Part shown: positions 49,436 through 64,000 of the stretch, piece after piece
How the letters are laid out: each line of letters starts with the position of its first letter
How positions within the stretch are numbered: position 1 is the first letter of the stretch
Origin: Escherichia phage vB_EcoM_G4498
Sequence record: NC_054918.1
Reading direction: 5' to 3' (one strand)
Length of the DNA stretch: 64,000 bases
Notes under the pieces: generated by a model
What the model was told of the DNA's origin: nothing
What the model saw: only the letters and a program-made list of their open reading frames with translations
Database searches by the model: none
Translations under genes and position numbers: made by a program

Positions 49436-52400
49436 CAGTAAAAGCACCTTCAGTCACTAGTCTCAGAATTTCCAAGTTATCCGCAAATCAGGTGCAAGTA
49501 CGCTGGGATGACGTTGGTGCTAATTTCTACTATTTTGTAGAAATCGCTGAGACAAAAACAGACTCGGGGGAAAATCTCCCGAGTAATCAATACCGATGGA
49601 TTAATTTAGGATATACAGCAAATAATAGTTTCTTTTTTGATGATGCTGATCCACTAACATCATACATCATTAGAGTAGCTACGGCGGCGCAAGATTTTGA
49701 GCAGTCTGATTGGGTTTATACAGAAGAGTTTGAAACTTTTGCTACGAATGCTTATACATTTCAAAACATGATTGAAATGCAATTAGCCAATAAATTCATT
49801 CAGGAAAAATTTACTCTTAATAATTCTGATTATGTTAATTTTAATAATGATACTATAATGGCTGCATTGATGAATGAATCGTTCCAATTCAGCCCATCAT
49901 ATGTTGATGTTTCATCAATCAGTAATTTTATTATTGGTGAAAATGAGTATCATGAAATACAAGGTTCCATTCAGCAAGTATGTAAGGATATTAACCGAGT
50001 TTATTTGATGGAATCAGAAGGGATTCTATATCTTTTTGAGCGCTATCAACCCGTAGTTAAAGTATCTAATGATAAAGGACAAACCTGGAAAGCTGTAAAG
50101 CTCTTCAATGACCGTGTAGGATATCCTTTATCTAAGACAGTATATTACCAATCTGCAAACACAACATACGTTCTAGGATACGACAAGATTTTCTACGGCC
50201 GCAAATCTACTGATGTTAGATGGTCAGCTGATGATGTCAGATTTAGTTCACAGGATATAACATTCGCTAAACTTGGTGACCAATTGCATCTAGGATTTGA
50301 TGTAGAAATTTTTGCCACTTATGCGACTTTACCAGCTAATGTATACCGCATTGCAGAAGCTATTACTTGCACGGATGATTATATCTATGTTGTTGCCAGA
50401 GATAAAGTTAGATACATAAAAACGAGTAATGCACCTATAGATTCTGACCCATTATCTCCAACATATTCGGAAAGACTTTTTGAACCTGATACTATGACTA
50501 TAACCGGAAATCCTAAAGCAGTATGCTATAAAATGGATTCTATCGGTGATAAAGTTTTTGCTCTTATTATTGGTGAAGTTGAAACATTAAATGCCAATCC
50601 GAGAACTTCAAAAATAATTGATTCTACTGATAAAGGAATATATGTTTTAAATCATGACGAAAAGACATGGAAAAGAGTTTTCGGTAATACCGAAGAAGAA
50701 AGAAGACGTATTCAACCCGGATATGCGAATATGTCAACTGACGGTAAATTAGTTTCTCTGTCTTCGAGTAATTTTAAATTTTTAAGTGATAATGTTGTTA
50801 ATGACCCTGAAACTGTGGTGAAATATCAGTTAATCGGTGCTGTTAAATATGAATTTCCTCGTGAATGGTTAGCTGATAAGCATTATCATATGATGGCATT
50901 TATAGCGGATGAAAAATCTGATTGGGAGACTTTTACTCCTCAACCAATGAAATACTACGCAGAACCGTTCTTTAACTGGTCTAAAAAATCTAACACACGT
51001 TGTTGGATAAACAACTCTGATAGAGCTGTAGTAGTTTATGCTGATTTAAAATACACCAAAGTTATAGAAAATATTCCGGAAACATCACCAGATAGATTAG
51101 TTCATGAATATTGGGATGATGGTGATTGTACTATAGTAATGCCAAATGTTAAATTCACTGGATTTAAAAAATACGCATCAGGAATGCTTTTCTACAAATC
51201 CTCTGGTGAAATAATTTCTTACTATGATTTTAACTATCGTGTGAGAGATACAGTAGAAATTATTTGGAAGCCAACTGAAGTATTTTTAAAAGCATTTTTA
51301 CAAAACCAAGAGCATGAGACTCCTTGGTCACCAGAAGAAGAGCATGGATTAGCTGATCCTGATTTAAGACCATTGATTGGCACAATGATGCCTGATTCTT
51401 ATTTGCTACAGGATTCGAATTTTGAGGCATTTTGCGAAGCATATATTCAGTATCTTTCTGATGGATATGGAACTCAGTACAATAATTTACGAAATTTAAT
51501 TCGTAATCAGTATCCTAGAGAAGAACATGCGTGGGAATATCTGTGGTCAGAGATATATAAAAGAAACATTTATTTGAACGCGGATAAGCGAGATGCTGTA
51601 GCAAGATTTTTTGAATCACGCAGTTATGATTTTTATTCTACTAAAGGAATTGAAGCATCATACAAGTTTCTTTTTAAAGTTCTTTATAATGAAGAAGTTG
51701 AAATTGAAATTGAATCTGGGGCTGGTACTGAATATGACATAATCGTTCAATCTGATTCTTTGACTGAAGATTTAGTAGGACAAACGATTTATACAGCCAC
51801 AGGAAGATGTAATGTTACTTATATAGAAAGAAGCTATTCTAATGGTAAATTGCAATGGACCGTAACTATTCATAATCTTTTGGGAAGATTAATTGCTGGT
51901 CAAGAAGTTAAAGCAGAAAGACTCCCTAGTTTTGAAGGCGAAATTATTCGTGGAGTTAAAGGAAAGGATTTGCTTCAAAACAATATAGACTATATTAATA
52001 GAAGTAGATCATACTATGTAATGAAAATTAAATCCAATTTGCCTTCTTCCCGCTGGAAATCTGACGTTATTCGTTTTGTTCATCCAGTAGGATTTGGATT
52101 TATAGCAATTACCCTTTTAACGATGTTTATTAATGTTGGTTTAACTCTTAAACATACAGAGACTATAATTAATAAATACAAAAACTATAAATGGGATTCT
52201 GGATTACCTACTGAATATGCTGATAGAGTAGCTAAATTAACTCCAACCGGTGAAATTGAGCATGATTCAGTAACAGGTGAAGCAATTTATGAGCCTGGCC
52301 CAATGGCTGGTGTAGAATATCCTCTTCCTGATGACTATAATGCTGAAAATAATAATTCAATATTTCAAGGTCAATTGCCGTCTGAACGACGTAAATTAAT

Positions 52401-52530
52401 GAGTCCCCTATTTGATGCTTCTGGAACAACATTTGCGCAATTTAGAGATTTAGTTAATAAACGTCTAAAAGACAATATAGGAAATCCAAGAGACCCTGAA
52501 AATCCAACACAGGTTAAAATAGATGAATGA
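49432..52530 (+). CDS. 7: gp7 baseplate wedge protein
   Basis: 1032 aa; size and position as T4 gp7. Confidence 0.9.
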   Translation: MTVKAPSVTSLRISKLSANQVQVRWDDVGANFYYFVEIAETKTDSGENLPSNQYRWINLGYTANNSFFFDDADPLTSYIIRVATAAQDFEQSDWVYTEEFETFATNAYTFQNMIEMQLANKFIQEKFTLNNSDYVNFNNDTIMAALMNESFQFSPSYVDVSSISNFIIGENEYHEIQGSIQQVCKDINRVYLMESEGILYLFERYQPVVKVSNDKGQTWKAVKLFNDRVGYPLSKTVYYQSANTTYVLGYDKIFYGRKSTDVRWSADDVRFSSQDITFAKLGDQLHLGFDVEIFATYATLPANVYRIAEAITCTDDYIYVVARDKVRYIKTSNAPIDSDPLSPTYSERLFEPDTMTITGNPKAVCYKMDSIGDKVFALIIGEVETLNANPRTSKIIDSTDKGIYVLNHDEKTWKRVFGNTEEERRRIQPGYANMSTDGKLVSLSSSNFKFLSDNVVNDPETVVKYQLIGAVKYEFPREWLADKHYHMMAFIADEKSDWETFTPQPMKYYAEPFFNWSKKSNTRCWINNSDRAVVVYADLKYTKVIENIPETSPDRLVHEYWDDGDCTIVMPNVKFTGFKKYASGMLFYKSSGEIISYYDFNYRVRDTVEIIWKPTEVFLKAFLQNQEHETPWSPEEEHGLADPDLRPLIGTMMPDSYLLQDSNFEAFCEAYIQYLSDGYGTQYNNLRNLIRNQYPREEHAWEYLWSEIYKRNIYLNADKRDAVARFFESRSYDFYSTKGIEASYKFLFKVLYNEEVEIEIESGAGTEYDIIVQSDSLTEDLVGQTIYTATGRCNVTYIERSYSNGKLQWTVTIHNLLGRLIAGQEVKAERLPSFEGEIIRGVKGKDLLQNNIDYINRSRSYYVMKIKSNLPSSRWKSDVIRFVHPVGFGFIAITLLTMFINVGLTLKHTETIINKYKNYKWDSGLPTEYADRVAKLTPTGEIEHDSVTGEAIYEPGPMAGVEYPLPDDYNAENNNSIFQGQLPSERRKLMSPLFDASGTTFAQFRDLVNKRLKDNIGNPRDPENPTQVKIDE

Positions 52531-53527
52531 TTCAAGTGTTATCTATCGTGCGATAGTTACTTCAAAATTTAGAACAGAAAAAATGTTGAATTTTTATAAT
52601 TCAATTGGGAGTGGTCCGGATAAAAACACTATCTTTATCACATTTGGAAGATCAGAACCGTGGTCATCAAATGAAAATGAGGTGGGCTTTGCTCCACCTT
52701 ATCCAACTGATTCTGTATTGGGTGTAACTGACATGTGGACTCATATGATGGGAACCGTAAAGGTTCTTCCATCTATGCTTGACGCAGTTATTCCTCGTCG
52801 AGATTGGGGAGATACTAGATATCCGGATCCATACACATTTAGAATTAACGATATTGTAGTGTGTAACTCAGCTCCTTACAACGCTACTGAATCAGGCGCA
52901 GGCTGGTTAGTATATCGTTGTTTAGATGTTCCTGATACCGGAATGTGCTCAATAGCATCTTTAACTGATAAGGATGAATGCCTTAAATTAGGCGGAAAAT
53001 GGACACCTTCTGTTAGGTCAATGACTCCTCCTGAAGGTCGAGGAGATGCTGAAGGAACAATTGAACCTGGGGACGGGTATGTATGGGAATATCTATTTGA
53101 GATTCCACCCGATGTATCTATAAATAGATGCACGAATGAATATATCGTGGTTCCTTGGCCTGAGGAATTAAAAGAAGACCCGACTAGATGGGGATATGAA
53201 GATAATCTCACTTGGCAACAAGATGATTTTGGATTAATTTACCGTGTTAAGGCAAATACTATCCGTTTTAAAGCATATTTAGATTCAGTTTATTTTCCTG
53301 AAGCTGCATTGCCAGGAAATAAAGGATTTAGACAAATATCAATAATCACGAATCCTCTTGAAGCTAAAGTTCATCCAAATGACCCAAACGTTAAAGCTGA
53401 AAAGGATTATTATGACCCAGAAGATTTAATGAGGCATTCGGGCGAAATGATTTATATGGAAAATAGGCCACCTATTATTATGGCAATGGATCAAACAGAA
53501 GAAATCAATATTCTGTTTACATTTTAA
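52523..53527 (+). CDS. 8: gp8 baseplate wedge protein
   Basis: 334 aa; size and position as T4 gp8. Confidence 0.9.
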   Translation: MNDSSVIYRAIVTSKFRTEKMLNFYNSIGSGPDKNTIFITFGRSEPWSSNENEVGFAPPYPTDSVLGVTDMWTHMMGTVKVLPSMLDAVIPRRDWGDTRYPDPYTFRINDIVVCNSAPYNATESGAGWLVYRCLDVPDTGMCSIASLTDKDECLKLGGKWTPSVRSMTPPEGRGDAEGTIEPGDGYVWEYLFEIPPDVSINRCTNEYIVVPWPEELKEDPTRWGYEDNLTWQQDDFGLIYRVKANTIRFKAYLDSVYFPEAALPGNKGFRQISIITNPLEAKVHPNDPNVKAEKDYYDPEDLMRHSGEMIYMENRPPIIMAMDQTEEINILFTF

Positions 53528-53532
53528 ATTAA

Positions 53533-53556
53533 GGGAGCCCATGGGCTCCCTTTTTT
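53533..53556 (+). terminator. rho-independent terminator after gene 8 (GGGAGCCC/GGGCTCCC + TTTTTTC)
   Basis: perfect GC-rich inverted repeat followed by T-run. Confidence 0.7.
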
Positions 53557-53559
53557 CTT

Positions 53560-53567
53560 TATAAATA
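53560..53567 (+). promoter_or_regulatory. late promoter TATAAATA upstream of gene 9
   Basis: exact consensus about 25 nt before the gp9 start. Confidence 0.6.
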
Positions 53568-53591
53568 TTATAAACTCATAAGGAAACCGCT

Positions 53592-54458
53592 ATGTTCATT
53601 CAAGAACCAAAGAAATTGATTGATACCGGCGAAATTGGTAACGCTTCTACTGGTGATATCTTATTCGACGGTGGTAATAAAATTAATAGTGATTTTAACG
53701 CAATTTATAATGCGTTTGGCGATCAGCGTAAAATGGCAGTAGCAAATGGCACCGGAGCTGATGGTCAAATTATCCATGCTACTGGATATTATCAAAAACA
53801 CTCTATTGCTGAGTATGCAACTCCAGTAAAAGTTGGCACTAGACATGATATTGATACCTCTACTGTAGGTGTTAAAGTTATCATTGAAAGAGGAGAACTT
53901 GGCGATTGTGTTGAATTCATTAACTCTAATGGATCAATATCAGTTACTAATCCTTTAACGATTCAGGCTATTGATTCAATTAAAGGTGTTTCAGGTAATT
54001 TGGTAGTAACTACTCCATATAGTAAAGTTACTTTACGCTGTATTTCATCTGATAATTCTACGTCGGTTTGGAATTATTCTATTGAAAGCATGTTTGGTCA
54101 AAAGGAATCACCGGTTGAAGGTACGTGGAATATTTCTACATCTGGATCAGTTGACATTCCATTGTTTCATCGCACTGAATATAACATGGCTAAATTGTTA
54201 GTTACATGCCAGTCAGCAGATGGAAGAAAAATTAAAACAGCAGAAATAAATATTCTTGTGGATATTGTTAATTCAGAGGTCATTTCTTCTGAATATGCTG
54301 TCATGCGAGTTGGGAATGAAACCGAAGAAGACGAAATCGCTAATATTGCATTTAGTATTAAAGAAAATTATGTAACGGCGACTATAAGTTCTTCAACTGT
54401 CGGTATGAGAGCAGCAGTTAAAGTTATCGCTACGCAGAAAATCGGGGTGGCTCAATAA
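53592..54458 (+). CDS. 9: gp9 baseplate protein (long tail fibre socket)
   Basis: 288 aa; size and position as T4 gp9. Confidence 0.9.
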   Translation: MFIQEPKKLIDTGEIGNASTGDILFDGGNKINSDFNAIYNAFGDQRKMAVANGTGADGQIIHATGYYQKHSIAEYATPVKVGTRHDIDTSTVGVKVIIERGELGDCVEFINSNGSISVTNPLTIQAIDSIKGVSGNLVVTTPYSKVTLRCISSDNSTSVWNYSIESMFGQKESPVEGTWNISTSGSVDIPLFHRTEYNMAKLLVTCQSADGRKIKTAEINILVDIVNSEVISSEYAVMRVGNETEEDEIANIAFSIKENYVTATISSSTVGMRAAVKVIATQKIGVAQ

Positions 54459-56263
54459 TGAAACAAAATATTAATATCGGTAATGTTGTAGATGATAGTA
54501 CCGGTGACTACCTGCGTAAAGGTGGTATAAAAATAAATGAAAACTTTGATGAGCTTTATTACGAGCTTGGTGACGGTGATGTTCCATATTCAGCTGGTGC
54601 CTGGAAAACTTATAATGCTTCATCAGGACAAACATTAACAGCAGAATGGGGAAAATCATATGCCATTAACACTTCATCTGGAAGAGTAACTCTACAACTT
54701 CCTAAAGGAACTGTTAATGATTATAATAAAGTAATTAAAGCTAGGGATGTATTTGCAACATGGAATGTTAATCCAGTTACTCTAGTAGCCGCTTCTGGTG
54801 ATACTATTAAAGGATCATCGTCATCAGTTGAAATTAATGTTCAATTTAGCGATTTAGAATTAGTTTATTGTGCTCCAGGACGTTGGGAATATGTCAAAAA
54901 CAAACAAATTGACAAAATTATTAGTTCAGATATTAGTAATGTAGCACGTAAAGAATTTTTAGTCGAAGTTCAAGGACAAACAGACTTTTTAGATGTTTTC
55001 CGTGGAACTAGCTATAATGTTAATAACATCCGAGTAAAACACCGTGGTAATGAATTATATTACGGCGATGTATTTAGTGAAAACAGTGACTTTGGCTCTC
55101 CCGGAGAAAATGAAGGAGAATTGATTCCTCTTGATGGATTTAATATTAGGTTAAGACAGCCTTGTAATATTGGTGACACTGTTCAAATTGAAACATTTAT
55201 GGATGGTGTATCACAATGGAGAAGTTCATATACAAGACGCCAAATAAAAGTACTGGATTCAAAACTAACGTCAAAAACGTCTTTAGAAGGAAGTATTTAC
55301 GTTACTGATTTATCAACAATGAAATCAATTCCATTTTCTGCATTTGGATTAATTCCTGGAGAACCTATTAATCCTAATTCTCTTGAAGTTCGTTTTAATG
55401 GAATTTTACAACAACAAGCTGGAACAGCAGGATATCCTCTGTTTTTGTGTGAAGGTGCTAACTCAGATACGCAAGCAGGATGTATATCTCTTGGTGGTGA
55501 ATGGAAAGAATCGAACACAGATTATTCTATAGAATATGAAGATGGAAAACCTGTCAGTCTTTTATTTGATAGAAAATTTGAATCAGGTGATATAATCGTT
55601 ATAACATGGTTTAATAATGATTTAGGAACTCTTTTAGAAAAAGATGACATTATTGAATTAACTGATGACCGTTATGTTAGTAAAGGATCATCTACTGAAG
55701 TTACTGGGGATGTAGCCTTAACAGATTTTGATAAAATCGGTTGGCCAAATGTTGAAAAAGTTGATTCTTATACTAGAACGTATAATTCAATATCATCTAT
55801 TTTCGACAGCATTTATCCTGTTGGTTCAATTTATGAAAATGCTATAAACCCAAATAATCCGGTGACTTATATGGGATTTGGTTCATGGAAATTATTTGGT
55901 AAAGGACAAGTTTTAGTAGGATGGAATGATGATGTTACGGATCCAAACTTTGCTTTAAACAATAATGATTTAGATTCTAGCGGAAATCCTTCACATACTG
56001 CCGGTGGAACAGTTGGTACAACATCAGTAACGCTTGAAAACGCAAATCTTCCTGCGACTAAAACTGATGAAAGAGTTTTAATTGAAGACGAAAATGGATC
56101 AGTTATTATTGGAGGATGTCAATATGACCCAGACGAAACTGGTCCTATATATACAAAATATCGTGAAGACTACGCAACAACAAACTCTTCACATACTCCT
56201 CCTACTAATATTAGTAATATTCAACCGTCTATTACTGTATACCGTTGGATAAGGATTGCATAA
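54458..56263 (+). CDS. 10: gp10 baseplate wedge protein
   Basis: 601 aa; TAATG overlap with gene 9. Confidence 0.9.
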   Translation: MKQNINIGNVVDDSTGDYLRKGGIKINENFDELYYELGDGDVPYSAGAWKTYNASSGQTLTAEWGKSYAINTSSGRVTLQLPKGTVNDYNKVIKARDVFATWNVNPVTLVAASGDTIKGSSSSVEINVQFSDLELVYCAPGRWEYVKNKQIDKIISSDISNVARKEFLVEVQGQTDFLDVFRGTSYNVNNIRVKHRGNELYYGDVFSENSDFGSPGENEGELIPLDGFNIRLRQPCNIGDTVQIETFMDGVSQWRSSYTRRQIKVLDSKLTSKTSLEGSIYVTDLSTMKSIPFSAFGLIPGEPINPNSLEVRFNGILQQQAGTAGYPLFLCEGANSDTQAGCISLGGEWKESNTDYSIEYEDGKPVSLLFDRKFESGDIIVITWFNNDLGTLLEKDDIIELTDDRYVSKGSSTEVTGDVALTDFDKIGWPNVEKVDSYTRTYNSISSIFDSIYPVGSIYENAINPNNPVTYMGFGSWKLFGKGQVLVGWNDDVTDPNFALNNNDLDSSGNPSHTAGGTVGTTSVTLENANLPATKTDERVLIEDENGSVIIGGCQYDPDETGPIYTKYREDYATTNSSHTPPTNISNIQPSITVYRWIRIA

Positions 56264-56922
56264 TGAGTTTACTTAATAATAAAGCGGGAGTTATTTCCCG
56301 CTTAGCAGATTTTCTTGGTTTTAGAACTAAGAAAAATGATATTTCGGTTATGAATAATCAGCCGGTAGGCGCTGTAACAATTTCACAAATAGCAAAAGGT
56401 TTTTATGACTCAAATGTAGAATCTGCTATCAATGATGTTAGAAATATGGCAGAGCAACAGGTTGGAGCTGTATTAATTAATATAAGCGGCGTATCTCCTA
56501 CTGGCGTGCAACAAACCGACTATTGGTCATTTGAAGGAACTGTTACTGATACTTCAGCCAAACCAGGTGACCCAGTTATTGTTAACATGTTTGGTATTCC
56601 AGTTAAAGCTACTAATGGAATGACTTCAATTGAATTTACTAGTGCTGTTAGAACAGCTCTACAGGAAATGGTTGTAAAATTTATTGCAATTGATTCATTT
56701 GAAGACCATCCTACCATAGGGAATAAAATACAAGTTAAGTATTTAGATAACCAAGAACATATCTTAGAACAATACTCTGATAAAGGAATTACTTTCAAAC
56801 AAGAAATAATTTCTCCTTCTAAACCCGGGTATGGAACTTGGCAATTATTAGGTGCGCAAACTGTTACGCTAGATAGTCACACACAACCTACAGTATTTTA
56901 TTATTTTGAGAGAATAGCATGA
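56263..56922 (+). CDS. 11: gp11 baseplate wedge / short tail fibre attachment protein
   Basis: 219 aa from ATG at 56263 ([19 protein letters not shown]...); track start at 56245 is an upstream TTG. Confidence 0.9.
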   Translation: MSLLNNKAGVISRLADFLGFRTKKNDISVMNNQPVGAVTISQIAKGFYDSNVESAINDVRNMAEQQVGAVLINISGVSPTGVQQTDYWSFEGTVTDTSAKPGDPVIVNMFGIPVKATNGMTSIEFTSAVRTALQEMVVKFIAIDSFEDHPTIGNKIQVKYLDNQEHILEQYSDKGITFKQEIISPSKPGYGTWQLLGAQTVTLDSHTQPTVFYYFERIA

Positions 56923-58469
56923 GTAACAATACATATCAGCACGTATCAAATGAATCAAAATATGTTAAATTCGATCCAGTAGGATCGAATTTTCCTGGCA
57001 CTGTTACGACAGTACAGTCTGCATTATCAAAAATAAGTAATATCGGCGTAAATGGTATTCCTGATGCAACTATGGAAGTTAAAGGAATAGCAATGATTGC
57101 ATCAGAGCAAGAGGTTTTAGATGGAACAAATAATTCTAAAATCGTTACACCAGCTACATTAGCAACAAGATTATTGTATCCAAATGCTACTGAAACTAAA
57201 TATGGTTTAACGCGCTATTCAACAAATGAAGAAACATTAGAAGGCTCAGATAATAATTCATCAATAACGCCGCAAAAACTGAAATACCATACTGATGATG
57301 TGTTCCGAAATAGATATTCATCTGAGTCATCAAACGGGGTTATTAAAATATCATCTACGCCTGCGGCTTTGGCTGGTGTTGATGATACTACGGCGATGAC
57401 TCCGCTAAAAACCCAAAAACTCGCAATAAAATTAATTTCACAAATAGCTCCTTCCGAAGATACTGCATCAGAATCTGTGAGAGGTGTGGTTCAATTATCA
57501 ACTGTTGCGCAAACTCGTCAAGGAACTCTCCGCGAAGGATATGCAATTTCTCCGTATACCTTTATGAATTCTGTTGCAACACAAGAATATAAGGGTGTTA
57601 TACGTTTAGGAACACAATCGGAAATTAACAGTAATTTAGGAGATGTTGCAGTAACAGGTGAAACACTAAATGGTCGAGGAGCTACTGGTTCTATGCGTGG
57701 AGTAGTTAAATTAACGACGCAAGCCGGTATTGCCCCTGAAGGTGATAGTTCTGGAGCATTAGCGTGGAACGCAGATGTAATTAATACGCGTGGTGGACAA
57801 ACTATTAATGGTTCTTTAAATTTAGACCATCTTACAGCAAATGGAATTTGGTCACGCGGTGGAATGTGGAAAAATGGCGATCAACCTGTTGCCACTGAAA
57901 GATATGCGTCCGAACGAGTTCCGGTTGGAACTATTATGATGTTTGCGGGTGATTCAGCACCTCCAGGTTGGATTATGTGTCATGGTGGAACCGTGTCAGG
58001 TGACCAATTTCCTGATTATAGAAACGTAGTTGGAACAAGATTTGGTGGCGATTGGAATAATCCTGGCGTTCCTGATATGCGAGGTCTTTTCGTCAGAGGA
58101 GCTGGCACAGGCGGTCATATTTTAAATCAACGAGGACAAGATGGTTATGGAAAGGATAGACTTGGCGTAGGATGTGACGGAATGCATGTTGGTGGTGTTC
58201 AAGCACAACAAATGTCATACCATAAACACGCCGGTGGTTGGGGGGAATATAACAGAAGTGAAGGCCCATTTGGCGCGTCTGTTTATCAAGGATATCTTGG
58301 AACTAGAAAATATGCCGACTGGGATAATGCTTCATACTTCACTAATGATGGATTTGAATTAGGCGGACCGAGAGATGCCCTTGGTACACTTAATCGTGAA
58401 GGATTAATTGGTTATGAAACTAGACCATGGAATATATCATTAAACTATATTATTAAAGTTCATTACTAA
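56919..58469 (+). CDS. 12: gp12 short tail fibre protein
   Basis: 516 aa; size and position as T4 gp12; ATGA overlap with gene 11. Confidence 0.9.
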   Translation: MSNNTYQHVSNESKYVKFDPVGSNFPGTVTTVQSALSKISNIGVNGIPDATMEVKGIAMIASEQEVLDGTNNSKIVTPATLATRLLYPNATETKYGLTRYSTNEETLEGSDNNSSITPQKLKYHTDDVFRNRYSSESSNGVIKISSTPAALAGVDDTTAMTPLKTQKLAIKLISQIAPSEDTASESVRGVVQLSTVAQTRQGTLREGYAISPYTFMNSVATQEYKGVIRLGTQSEINSNLGDVAVTGETLNGRGATGSMRGVVKLTTQAGIAPEGDSSGALAWNADVINTRGGQTINGSLNLDHLTANGIWSRGGMWKNGDQPVATERYASERVPVGTIMMFAGDSAPPGWIMCHGGTVSGDQFPDYRNVVGTRFGGDWNNPGVPDMRGLFVRGAGTGGHILNQRGQDGYGKDRLGVGCDGMHVGGVQAQQMSYHKHAGGWGEYNRSEGPFGASVYQGYLGTRKYADWDNASYFTNDGFELGGPRDALGTLNREGLIGYETRPWNISLNYIIKVHY

Positions 58470-58478
58470 GGATTACAA

Positions 58479-59936
58479 ATGATTGAATTAAAAGATTTAC
58501 CTTTTGTTGATAGCGTTCCTGATGAAGGTCAGGAACGTATTTCATGGATTAAAAATGGTGAAGAAATACTAGGAGCTAGCACTAAGTATGGAAACGATGG
58601 ATCAATGAATAGACCAATTGTTTCCGTGTTTAAAAATGTTGAGGTTCTTGACGAAAATATAGGAATTCTTAAAACTGCCATTGAAACATCGCAGAAAGAT
58701 ATTAAAACAATTCAAGGAGTTTTAGATGTATCAGGAGATATAGAAGCACTATCGCAGATCAGTGTTAATAAAAATGACATATCAAATTTAAAGACACTTA
58801 CTAATGAACACACTGATATATTAACTGGAACTAATAATACAGTTGACAAAATTATTGCTGATATAGGTCCATTTAATGATGAAGAAAACTCTGTTTATAG
58901 AACAATTAGAAATGATTTATTGTGGATTAAACAAGAACTAGGGCAATATTCTGGCCAAGACATTAACGGTCTTCCTGTTGTTGGTAATGCTAGCACAGGA
59001 ATGAAACATAGAATAATAACAAATAGTACATTATTATCTTCACAAGGCATTCGTTTAAGTGAATTAGAAAATAAATTTACTGAATCTGACGTAGGATCAT
59101 TGACGGTTGAAGTTGGTAAATTACGCGATGAACTTGGTAATAAACCAGTAGATTTTGGACCAAATATTTATAATAGATTAAACACTATAGATGATAAACA
59201 AACTTTAATAAATTCTGATATAGCAGAAATTAAATCTTCTATTGGATACCCAGAAAATGTTTCTATAATAACAGAAATTAATAATAACAAAAGTAGCATT
59301 GAATCTATTAATAATGAATTAAATCAGAGTGAAGGTGTTAAACAGCGCTTAACGGCTATTGAAACTTCTATAGGTTCAGATGATATTCCTTCTAGTATTA
59401 AAGGAAAAATTAAAAATCACACAACTTCTATTGAGTCTTTAAACGGAATTGTTGGTGAAAACACTTCGTCTGGTTTAAGAGCGAATGTTTCGTGGTTAAA
59501 TCAAATTGTTGGAACTGACTCCAGCGGAGGACAACCGTCTCCTTCTGGATCTCTATTAAATAAAGTTTCAGTGCTTGAAGGAGAAGTTTCAGTTTTAAAC
59601 AATAATGTTCAAAATATACAAGTTGAAATAGGAAATAATAGAACAGGAATTAAAGGTCAAGTTATTGAACTTACTTCACTTATAAATGGAAATAATCCTG
59701 ACGGATCAACTGTTGAAGAACGAGGATTAACTAATTCTATAAAAACGAATGAAACTAACATTGCGGCAGTCACGCATGAAGTAAATACAGCTAAAGACAA
59801 TATATCCTCTTTACAGAGCAGCGTTCAAGCTCTACAAGAAGCGGGTTATATTCCTGAAGCTCCAAAAGATGGCCAAGCTTACGTTCGTAAAGACGGCGAA
59901 TGGGTACTACTTTCTACCTTTTTATCACCAGCATAA
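58479..59936 (+). CDS. wac: fibritin (whisker antigen control)
   Basis: 485 aa coiled-coil; C-terminal foldon [27 protein letters not shown]. Confidence 0.95.
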   Translation: MIELKDLPFVDSVPDEGQERISWIKNGEEILGASTKYGNDGSMNRPIVSVFKNVEVLDENIGILKTAIETSQKDIKTIQGVLDVSGDIEALSQISVNKNDISNLKTLTNEHTDILTGTNNTVDKIIADIGPFNDEENSVYRTIRNDLLWIKQELGQYSGQDINGLPVVGNASTGMKHRIITNSTLLSSQGIRLSELENKFTESDVGSLTVEVGKLRDELGNKPVDFGPNIYNRLNTIDDKQTLINSDIAEIKSSIGYPENVSIITEINNNKSSIESINNELNQSEGVKQRLTAIETSIGSDDIPSSIKGKIKNHTTSIESLNGIVGENTSSGLRANVSWLNQIVGTDSSGGQPSPSGSLLNKVSVLEGEVSVLNNNVQNIQVEIGNNRTGIKGQVIELTSLINGNNPDGSTVEERGLTNSIKTNETNIAAVTHEVNTAKDNISSLQSSVQALQEAGYIPEAPKDGQAYVRKDGEWVLLSTFLSPA

Positions 59937-59939
59937 CAT

Positions 59940-59955
59940 GGGGCCGCAAGGCCCC
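59940..59955 (+). terminator. terminator-like hairpin after wac (GGGGCC-gcaa-GGCCCC)
   Basis: 6-bp GC stem with GNRA loop; downstream T-run is weak. Confidence 0.4.
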
Positions 59956-59967
59956 AAAGGATTTTAA

Positions 59968-61669
<1,702 letters not shown>

Positions 61670-61710
61670 TAAATATTATAAACTAATTAAAGCCCAGATT
61701 AGGAGAAATC

Positions 61711-64000
<2,290 letters not shown>

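Noticed and set aside
52876-53211. Minus-strand 111-aa ORF inside gene 8
   Set aside because: Antisense to a conserved baseplate gene in the uniformly plus-strand late module
56245-56262. N-terminal extension of gp11 from the upstream TTG (MDKDCI...)
   Set aside because: ATG at 56263 gives [10 protein letters not shown]..., matching the T4 gp11 start as recalled, and overlaps the gp10 stop in TAATG arrangement
61670-61710. Late promoter upstream of gene 15 (TAATAAATATTATAAACT)
   Set aside because: Close to but not an exact TATAAATA; left uncalled

Overview
This window is a contiguous segment of a T4-like (T-even, Tevenvirinae) myophage genome, close to but not identical with T4 (lysozyme e, RegB, rI, endonuclease VII and the fibritin foldon are near-identical to T4 as recalled from memory). 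Coordinates 1-44.3 kb are an early/middle gene region on the minus strand: 46, 47, a-gt, 55, nrdH/nrdG/nrdD, 49, nrdC, a long block of small accessory ORFs, rI, tk, regB, e, nudE, a 10-tRNA cluster, 57B (Acb1), 57A, 1, 3, 2, 4. Coordinates 44.3-64 kb are the late baseplate/neck/packaging module on the plus strand: 53, 5, 5.4, 6-12, wac, 13-16 and the 5' part of 17. A plus-strand HNH homing endonuclease gene converges on gene 46. The region carries many T4-type early promoters (GTTTAC-N18-TATAAT-like), several hairpin terminators and TATAAATA late promoters. The most interesting content is in the accessory regions: nine genes carrying the internal-protein capsid-targeting leader (MKTYQEFIAE-like; T4 has three), a deleted denV leaving only its 3' end, two tRNAs not in the T4 set (Asn, Tyr), a macro-domain-like protein, a nucleotidyltransferase-fold plus P-loop ATPase pair, and a tandem array of four coiled-coil-tailed proteins. 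All calls rest on reading the six-frame translations and the DNA by eye; no database search was run.
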